Source of the DNA: a virus
Taxonomy: Duplodnaviria > Caudoviricetes
Virus record (IMG/VR): IMGVR_UViG_3300028610_001199
Span: 1-50,786 of that record
DNA: 50,786 bases
Reading direction: 5' to 3' (one strand)
Numbering within the stretch: the first letter of the stretch is position 1; every line of letters starts with the position of its first letter. A program made the position numbers and the translations under genes. Positions 38,621 to 45,191 of the stretch are shown in pieces. The notes under the pieces were generated by a model. The model saw nothing but the letters and a program-made list of their open reading frames with translations. It searched no databases and had not been told where the DNA came from.

Positions 38621-39588
38621 TATTTACTATCCCTTTCCATTATATCGTAACTATACCAGCCTTGAGTACCGTATTCTTTATCAATCTTTGCTGTTATCTC
38701 TTTCTTGTTTAAATTAGCCCTAACATACATACTTTCATTATGTTTATAATCAGAATTAAGATAGATTACAATTTCTATTAAAGGGGTGTTGTATACCCTT
38801 CTCCATTCATCTTTAGGTTGGTTAAGGGCTACGTCCTTAGGATCGTATTGTAGTGGTACGTAGGGGGAGACTTCCCAACGACCGTTAGAGTTGGCAAGGT
38901 CTTCCATTACTAACTCAGCGTCTTTATGTGTATCAAATACTAGAGCGTGGGCAATATCAACAGAAAGATTCCACCCATGGGACTCTGACTGACAATAGTA
39001 TATCCATCCCCCTTCAAAAGATCTCCTTATCACATATTTAGTTTCTGGTTCTTTATAAGGGACAACTTCCCATCTTACTCCTGACATAGAATTCCTTTCT
39101 TCTATTGCGTCTTCCACATCATCAAAAACAGCAGCTTGTTGAAGATTGTCACCAATGTGGTTTTCTACGGAATAGTCGAAGTAACACCATCCAGTAATAT
39201 CAGAAGGCCTTCTTACCACATACTTAGTTCCTAGCTCTTTACGTTTCTTTAATTCTTCTTCAGTTATTGTACTGATACTAACTCCTTTACCTGAACCACA
39301 ATTACCGCAATTATTGACTAAATCATGTCCAAAATACATCTGTGAGATAGGTCTCTCACACTCTCTACAAAATATCTTATCTTCTTCCATTTCCTTCTCC
39401 TTATTAACTTCTAACCATACCTTTAAACTCTTCTCCCCTTCTTCTCGTAAACTATCAATATCTGCCCCAAAGAAATCAAACCCACCACTACCATCATCAA
39501 AGTCTACTTGCCCACGGTACCATCCTTCGTATTCAGTAGGACTAATAGCCGCTAGATATTTATCGCCTATAACCATTGTTCCTTCCAC
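38620..39588 (-). CDS. Chimeric protein: HicB-like N-domain + Zn ribbon + two tandem domains
   Basis: YLAAISPTEYEGWYRGQV...GGFDFFGADIDSLREEGEKSLKVWLE; CREC..CGNC; two TKYV.RR...W.Y...A.VFD...A...RWEV.PY units. Confidence 0.65.
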   Translation of the reverse strand: MEGTMVIGDKYLAAISPTEYEGWYRGQVDFDDGSGGFDFFGADIDSLREEGEKSLKVWLEVNKEKEMEEDKIFCRECERPISQMYFGHDLVNNCGNCGSGKGVSISTITEEELKKRKELGTKYVVRRPSDITGWCYFDYSVENHIGDNLQQAAVFDDVEDAIEERNSMSGVRWEVVPYKEPETKYVIRRSFEGGWIYYCQSESHGWNLSVDIAHALVFDTHKDAELVMEDLANSNGRWEVSPYVPLQYDPKDVALNQPKDEWRRVYNTPLIEIVIYLNSDYKHNESMYVRANLNKKEITAKIDKEYGTQGWYSYDIMERDSK

Positions 39589-39591
39589 TAT

Positions 39592-40085
39592 CTATTCTCC
39601 TAATAATTCTAATAATTCGTCAAGTGCGTCAATAGCACTATCAGATGATTGCATGCCCTGTAGTTCTTTAATTACTTCTATCAAATCATCTCTATCAATA
39701 TAATCGCCATTCTTATCACCCTCCATACAACCACCACCATAACCATTAACTAATTCCCATCTAGTTATCTTTTCTACCATTATTAATCATTCCTTATAAG
39801 TTCATTCTACTCTTTAAACCAATCTAATGCTTCCTGTAGGCCTAGTTCCAAATCATAATGGTATATCTGTACAGATCCAACTGGAGTATCAGGATGGAAG
39901 CAGATATCTATAATAGTATCTAACTCCACCATCTTATCTATTACTTCCTTACTGGTGAATTGTAAACAAACAGCCCCATTATTTAATCTTTTTTCTGCAG
40001 TCTCGTAGCAGCATCTATGGTCATTTATCCATATATCTACACTCACCTTACAAAGACCAATTAACTCTTGTAGTTTACTGTCCAT
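39592..40085 (-). other. Two hypothetical CDSs (39592-39780, 39807-40085)
   Basis: AAGGA(G) SDs. Confidence 0.65.
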
Positions 40086-40914
40086 TATCTTTCTCCTTTA
40101 ATATTAATTAGTTAATCACCTTCTTATATACTAGTACAACTAGTTTTAGTATAGGGAATATATCTGTTAATTACTACTAAAAAATAGTAAATTCTAGTAT
40201 TGGATTTTAGAGTATTATATATTTAGAGTAGTCTAGTAAAATTGTAATATTTTGTACTATTGTTTTTTATTATAGTATATATTTAGAGAGGCTATACTAT
40301 ATCCCCTGCAGTTCCCTACCCCTATCCTATATCACTCCCATACCCCTTTAAGGTACACCCGGGGGTTAATCCTAATTGTATCTATTACCTATTATAATGG
40401 GTTCTTACTTCGTATTCTTCCCATATTGATAGTACTATACTAGAGCCTAGAGTATAGGTGTGTTCTGCTTACAGCTTCTTCACAACTCCTTCGACACAAT
40501 GCTTTGGTCTCTCTCAAACAAGTGGGTTCTGGCTGTCGCCTTCTCTCCAAGCTATATAGTTACTCGGAATTAGTAATGGTTAGTTCGTTCATAGTGCAGA
40601 ATAGTTAATACTATCCTTTCTATTTACCTGTATTAGTAGTAATACTCTATCTTATTTATTAAAAGTTCGCCCAAAATGCGGGCTAGATAACCTCCTCCCC
40701 TAGGGTAGAGAAATTAAAAATAAAGAGAAACTATCCCCTCCTCCTATATAGAGAGTAAAAGACTATAAGCTACTGTTAATACTAGTAGTTAGCTACTTAT
40801 TATAACTAGTAATTTAAATAGTCCTTGTAGAAGGGGATTTATTTACTAAATTGCATTATGCCTGATTACCACTAGGGTTACTAGTCACATTATTAATTAA
40901 AAAGGAGAGAGTTT
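40086..40914. other. Large non-coding divergent region (candidate genome end/pac or origin)
   Basis: ~830 bp with no long ORF; TATATATTTAGAG twice, C-runs, CCCGGG, several ACTAGT. Confidence 0.5.
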
Positions 40915-41106
40915 ATGTTATCAAGTTTAATTGGTTGGATGTTAGTAGTTATATTCTACATAGTAATAAGTGCTCTTGCTGCGTGTTCTGTAGCTGAGAG
41001 ATATTTTGTTAATAGTGGCGATGAAGATGATGATACTTTAGGTTGGTTAACATTTATATTCTTTTCAATATTATCCTATTTTACATTAAAAGTATTGGGT
41101 TTATAA
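40915..41106 (+). CDS. Two-TM small membrane protein
   Basis: AAGGAG SD; two hydrophobic segments around an acidic loop. Confidence 0.65.
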   Translation: MLSSLIGWMLVVIFYIVISALAACSVAERYFVNSGDEDDDTLGWLTFIFFSILSYFTLKVLGL

Positions 41107-41109
41107 CTA

Positions 41110-41361
41110 ATGGTGTTTAAAAACAAGATGAAGACTAGTATTAAAGCTAGTAAGAAACGATCACAAAGAGCTAGAACAAGAGAACTTAAAAAGAACAATC
41201 TCTCAGGCGTTACAGGAGTCTGGTATAATTCCCATAGATCAAAATGGATAGCTGAGATAACTTACAATAATTATAAATTCAAACTTGGAGCCTATAAATC
41301 AAAAGATAAAGCTATTGAAGAAAGAAAGAAAGCAGAAATCGCACTAAGATTCTATAAATAA
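41110..41361 (+). CDS. Stand-alone AP2 DNA-binding domain protein
   Basis: NNLSGVTGVWY..KWIAEI..KLGAY..AIEERKKAE, no HNH domain. Confidence 0.75.
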   Translation: MVFKNKMKTSIKASKKRSQRARTRELKKNNLSGVTGVWYNSHRSKWIAEITYNNYKFKLGAYKSKDKAIEERKKAEIALRFYK

Positions 41362-41390
41362 TCAAATAACCCACTCAGAAAGGCTTTAAA

Positions 41391-41606
41391 ATGAAGACAA
41401 CTAAAGAAAAAAAAGATGAATTACATATTAGGCTAAGTTATTTAACTAGTTATGTGCAATTACAACAATCTATATTAAACTACTGCGCTAAAAACAAGGA
41501 TTATGAAATAGATAACGTATTAAATATTTTAAGAAAACCACCAATGATGCATGAAACATCTAATGTGCTAGACCTATTAGAATTATATTTCACAATAAAG
41601 GACTAA
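41391..41606 (+). CDS. Hypothetical protein
   Basis: 71-aa ORF. Confidence 0.55.
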   Translation: MKTTKEKKDELHIRLSYLTSYVQLQQSILNYCAKNKDYEIDNVLNILRKPPMMHETSNVLDLLELYFTIKD

Positions 41607-41630
41607 AGATACTAAATAACCTGACGATAT
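41604..41630 (+). promoter_or_regulatory. sigma28-type promoter 1
   Basis: TAAA-N15-GACGATAT, upstream of the 41-aa membrane ORF 41661-41786. Confidence 0.7.
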
Positions 41631-41767
41631 CTATAGTACAACTTAACAACGGAGTTTATTATGGTAGATATCAGTCCTTCAACAGTATTACTAGCAATCA
41701 AACTAATTAAAACACTAGGATTTTTATGGGGTCTTTATTTATCCCACAGAGTATTTTGTTTTTTTAC

Positions 41768-41794
41768 TAAAGCTTTTAATAAGTAGGCCGATAC
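41768..41794 (+). promoter_or_regulatory. sigma28-type promoter 2
   Basis: TAAA-N15-GCCGATAC upstream of 41827. Confidence 0.8.
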
Positions 41795-41826
41795 CTTTAT
41801 TACACGACTAACAAGGGAGATATAAA

Positions 41827-42174
41827 ATGAGTCTAGACTTTAGCCTATATAGAAACGGCAAGTGGGATGATGGCGAAACGTTTACAACTGCGGTATTTGA
41901 TACAAATATCACCCATAATTTAAATGATTTGGCTGACGCTGTCGGCATTTATAACGCTCTTTGGAGACCTGAAGAAAATAATTTTATCTATGCTAAAGAT
42001 ATTATTCCTGTTGTCGATAAAGGGTTAAAGGAGTTGAAGGATAACCCAGAGAAATACAAGAAATATGACTCGCCTAACGGCTGGGGAGTATATAAAGACT
42101 TCGTCCCATGGGTTGAAGAGCTGTTAAAAGCCTGTAAAGAACATCCTAATTCAAAAATAGAGACAAACCGATAA
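41827..42174 (+). CDS. Conserved-type phage hypothetical protein
   Basis: NITHNL..ALWRPEE..SPNGWGVY..ACKEHP. Confidence 0.75.
   Translation: MSLDFSLYRNGKWDDGETFTTAVFDTNITHNLNDLADAVGIYNALWRPEENNFIYAKDIIPVVDKGLKELKDNPEKYKKYDSPNGWGVYKDFVPWVEELLKACKEHPNSKIETNR
41994..42020 (+). promoter_or_regulatory. sigma28-type promoter 3 (intragenic)
   Basis: TAAA-N15-GTCGATAA. Confidence 0.6.
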
Positions 42175-42265
42175 CTAAGGGAAACATCACACCAGAGCAT
42201 GCAAAAAAGACGCTCCGTTCGGTGATATTGGAATAGAAGACCCAACTCATTAACAAACTAGATTA

Positions 42266-42478
42266 ATGGAGAACATTATGCACATACCGTTCACCTGTAA
42301 ACACGACTGGAAAGTATTATCTGAGACTGTAACTAAATCAAGATTCGAAGTGCTTACTCAAATAGGAGATTTTGAAGGCTTAAAAACGAGGGGAGGTAGT
42401 ATGTTTAAAAGAAAACACATTCAAATAATCACCTGCGATAAATGCGGTAAATTAAAACGATTCGTAGATGAGATATAG
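42266..42478 (+). CDS. Small Zn-binding protein
   Basis: CKHDW...CDKCGK. Confidence 0.65.
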   Translation: MENIMHIPFTCKHDWKVLSETVTKSRFEVLTQIGDFEGLKTRGGSMFKRKHIQIITCDKCGKLKRFVDEI

Positions 42479-42480
42479 AC

Positions 42481-42744
42481 ATGAAAAAGCAAGAAATCAT
42501 TGGTAAAGTATTTAAATGCGTACATGAACTCGGCGAAGTTAATCGCGCTCTAGGATTGTTGGATCTAAAAATTATGCTTAAAGAGAATGTTCCGAATGAT
42601 TTAAAAGGCTTTCTTGAGAAGAATATTAAAAATGCTGATAAACTAATATCAGAAAGTAAGAGAATAAGAAAAGAAATAGAAAAAGAATTAAAAACTATTC
42701 TTGAAAATAATATTAAAGATTCTGAAAGCTCTACCAATAACTAA
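42481..42744 (+). CDS. Helical protein, paralogue of 43195-43419
   Basis: KQE.I...LKT.LENNIKD shared. Confidence 0.7.
   Translation: MKKQEIIGKVFKCVHELGEVNRALGLLDLKIMLKENVPNDLKGFLEKNIKNADKLISESKRIRKEIEKELKTILENNIKDSESSTNN
42714..42740 (+). promoter_or_regulatory. sigma28-type promoter (variant -10)
   Basis: TAAA-N15-ACCAATAA upstream of the XRE regulator. Confidence 0.55.
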
Positions 42745-42786
42745 GATAATCAATGACATGAGTAGACAAGTTAAGGAGATATAAGC

Positions 42787-43077
42787 ATGCAATTAGGTGG
42801 AGTAATAAAGCACTACAGGAAAAGAGAGAAGATGAGACAGTATGAACTTGCTGAGCTCTTAGAAGTGACTCAAAGCTATTTATCACAAATAGAAAACAAT
42901 AAGAGATATCCAAGCATTGACTTACTAAAAGAATTGGCTGACGCATTCGGCCTTCTAGTGTCTCACATGATATTTATAGCTGAACACAACTTAGAAGAGC
43001 ACGAGATTAGCACTGTTGATAACCATTATCTAGAAATAACTCAACAAATCTTTAGAGACGCTAACAAGGAGCTTTAA
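42787..43077 (+). CDS. XRE-family HTH transcriptional regulator
   Basis: IKHYRKREKMRQYELAELLEVTQSYLSQIENNKRYPSIDLLKELA. Confidence 0.9.
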   Translation: MQLGGVIKHYRKREKMRQYELAELLEVTQSYLSQIENNKRYPSIDLLKELADAFGLLVSHMIFIAEHNLEEHEISTVDNHYLEITQQIFRDANKEL

Positions 43078-43194
43078 CAATGAAAAAATTCATTAATGAC
43101 AACCCAGAAATGACGATTATTGTTGTTATGACAGCGTTAATAATTATTCACGATTTATTAAAATAATAACTAACATCATCTAGGGAGCTGTAAC

Positions 43195-43419
43195 ATGAAC
43201 AAGCAAGAGCTTATTAATCAGATTTTGAAGCACGTTAAAGACCTTAACGAAATTACCTACACTTTGGGACAAGCAAAGCAAGCCATGAAAGAAAGGGGAG
43301 TGAAGGATACTAAGGGACTTATTAAAGAAGGAATAGAGATAAAAAAAGAAGCAGAGAAACAATTAAAAACCTTTCTTGAAAATAATATTAAAGATTATAA
43401 AGAGTCTACCGATAACTAA
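43195..43419 (+). CDS. Helical protein, paralogue of 42481-42744
   Basis: 64-bp 3' repeat with 56/64 identity. Confidence 0.7.
   Translation: MNKQELINQILKHVKDLNEITYTLGQAKQAMKERGVKDTKGLIKEGIEIKKEAEKQLKTFLENNIKDYKESTDN
43389..43415 (+). promoter_or_regulatory. sigma28-type promoter
   Basis: TAAA-N15-ACCGATAA, upstream of the 30-aa TM ORF 43458-43550 (AGGAGG SD). Confidence 0.8.
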
Positions 43420-43554
43420 GATAAGCAACACAACAACTTACACCTTAGGAGGACATTATGATTGAATTCAAACTTGCCCTACAAATCATCCTTTACACAA
43501 TTACTGCCATGTCTACAGTCCTAGCATTTAGCACAATGAAGAAAGGTTAGTATT

Positions 43555-43818
43555 ATGAAATCAAGCGAACAATTCCCGAATGGAATAGATAGCTACCTTG
43601 AAACATATTACGAAGTTTGCACAACTATTGAACATGTTATGATTACGAAATGCTCTGACGTGGTGAACGATGCGACAAAAAAAGGCGGTAGAACAGAGTT
43701 ATATAATTTATCTGAAACGCTAACACGCAAATTTGAGACTGAGCACAAGGGTTTCAAGTGGGGTATCTATGGTGAGTTTCTTGATGAAATATGCAGTTTT
43801 ATTGAAAAAGAATTATAG
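43555..43818 (+). CDS. Conserved-type phage hypothetical protein
   Basis: FPNGIDSYLETYYEV...LTRKFE. Confidence 0.7.
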   Translation: MKSSEQFPNGIDSYLETYYEVCTTIEHVMITKCSDVVNDATKKGGRTELYNLSETLTRKFETEHKGFKWGIYGEFLDEICSFIEKEL

Positions 43819-43840
43819 TAATTAAAAAGCCTGCCGATAA
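43814..43840 (+). promoter_or_regulatory. sigma28-type promoter driving the structured RNA
   Basis: TATA-N15-GCCGATAA (perfect -10). Confidence 0.75.
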
Positions 43841-43844
43841 TATA

Positions 43845-43955
43845 GTTACAGTTCGAATCTGTAACAGTATCTACAGGGTGAGCGAGTTCGAGTCCCGCAA
43901 AGCTAAAATTCTGGTGAAAAGTAGGCTGTTGTCAGGTGTGCAGCTCTGTAGATAC
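43845..43955 (+). ncRNA. tRNA-like / Y-RNA-like structured RNA with two T-loops
   Basis: GTTACAG-TTCGAAT-CTGTAAC hairpin; 12-bp closing stem 43867-78/43944-55 enclosing GCGAG-TTCGAGT-CCCGC. Confidence 0.6.
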
Positions 43956-43985
43956 AATATTTAAAACTTAACTAAGGAGAATACT

Positions 43986-44174
43986 ATGCAAGAATATACT
44001 AACTACATGAATTACCTAGCCTTCAAAATTGGTGCTGAGTTACCTAATGACGTTGCTAAGAAGAGAGATAATATCGGTATATACTACCAAGTAGGTTCCT
44101 ATTGCTTCACTAACCCTAGATATGCTCTTAATTACTCTACTATTTACCAAAACTTAAAGGATGTGTACAAATGA
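43986..44174 (+). CDS. Hypothetical protein
   Basis: AAGGAG SD. Confidence 0.65.
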   Translation: MQEYTNYMNYLAFKIGAELPNDVAKKRDNIGIYYQVGSYCFTNPRYALNYSTIYQNLKDVYK

Positions 44175-44368
44175 GAAATGAAAAGGGTTTAGGCTGGAAA
44201 CAAAGACAAATTTTAAATTTTATCAAACGAAATCATGTTACAGGCAAAGTATTCTCATTCGGTAGAGACATGTTGCAAGTCATTCAATCGCTACAAGAAC
44301 GTGATTTAGTTAAGATAATAAACATTAGTTACTATGAACATAGAGTTATTCTAAGAATCCATAAATAA
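44171..44368 (+). CDS. Small winged-helix-like protein
   Basis: LGWKQRQILNFI...IQSLQERDLVKI. Confidence 0.55.
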   Translation: MRNEKGLGWKQRQILNFIKRNHVTGKVFSFGRDMLQVIQSLQERDLVKIINISYYEHRVILRIHK

Positions 44369-44383
44369 ATCATAAAAAAGAAC

Positions 44384-44410
44384 TAAAGTAATTCTACTAA
44401 CTACCGATAC
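44384..44410 (+). promoter_or_regulatory. sigma28-type promoter
   Basis: TAAA-N15-ACCGATAC upstream of 44451. Confidence 0.8.
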
Positions 44411-44450
44411 TATATTTAGACAACAGAACAACACAACTAAGGAAAACATC

Positions 44451-44786
44451 ATGAAACATCTAAAAGAATTATCAAAAGGCGATGGCTTTATTTACAATCA
44501 ATTAGTTGACTTAAGAAATGCTTTATTGAAAGGCCGCTTTTATTCATCCGTTGAAAGCGTGAGTAAATCAGGTTCAGGTCGTATAATTAAATTCGGTTAT
44601 ATTAAAAACAATAGATTGGTTGTTGTCCATCGGGAAGAAATAAAGAATTTAGCCGGATGTAATAAAAACGGCCGCATTACTGGTGGTGGTATGGATATGC
44701 TTTTCCACTCTCAATATATCCTATTCAGAAAACTATGTCCTAAATCTGACTATAGAACTCACATGAAAGAATACAACAGGCTCTAA
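44451..44786 (+). CDS. Conserved-type phage hypothetical protein
   Basis: VSKSGSGRII..GGGMDMLFH motif. Confidence 0.7.
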   Translation: MKHLKELSKGDGFIYNQLVDLRNALLKGRFYSSVESVSKSGSGRIIKFGYIKNNRLVVVHREEIKNLAGCNKNGRITGGGMDMLFHSQYILFRKLCPKSDYRTHMKEYNRL

Positions 44787-44804
44787 AATAAGGATGGTGA
44801 TGCA

Positions 44805-45191
44805 ATGGGTAGGAAGAAAAGAAGGTTCGGGGAAGGTCTAGAGCTAGGAAAACACCAAAAAGATATACTAGCCTATCTAGAGAAAGAAGGTAGTTTTATA
44901 ACTATAAACTCTAGATGTAAACAAACCCTAGCGCTATTAGAAAGAAGAAAGCTGATTACAATTGTTAAAGGTGGGGAGATTGGACAACTGAAATATATAC
45001 AATACAAAGAAAGTTTAAAACTATGGCAAGTCAAGATATATTGTAACCAAAAAATAAAACACATAGGTAATTTTAAAACCAGAGCCGAAGCCGTAGAAGC
45101 TAGGAATGAAAGTGACCTCCTTATCCCCCATACCAGAAAACAAAGAAATAAATCATGCTGGACTGCTTATTTAATTAAAGGACTAATATAA
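44805..45191 (+). CDS. Winged-helix-like + AP2 domain protein
   Basis: LGKHQKDILAYL..LLERRKLITI then WQVKI..KHIGNFKTRAEAVEARN. Confidence 0.6.
   Translation: MGRKKRRFGEGLELGKHQKDILAYLEKEGSFITINSRCKQTLALLERRKLITIVKGGEIGQLKYIQYKESLKLWQVKIYCNQKIKHIGNFKTRAEAVEARNESDLLIPHTRKQRNKSCWTAYLIKGLI

Noticed and set aside
42787-43077. XRE protein as a CI repressor of a lysogeny switch
   Set aside because: No divergent cro, peptidase domain, integrase or partition genes; it is co-oriented within the island
43845-43955. Canonical tRNA gene
   Set aside because: The T-arms precede the D-like arm, and there is no 7-bp acceptor stem with a 3' end or a proper anticodon arm
41600-44420. CRISPR mini-array formed by the recurring ACCGATAACTAAG-type motifs
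   Set aside because: Spacing is irregular (150-600 bp) with genes in between; explained better as promoters
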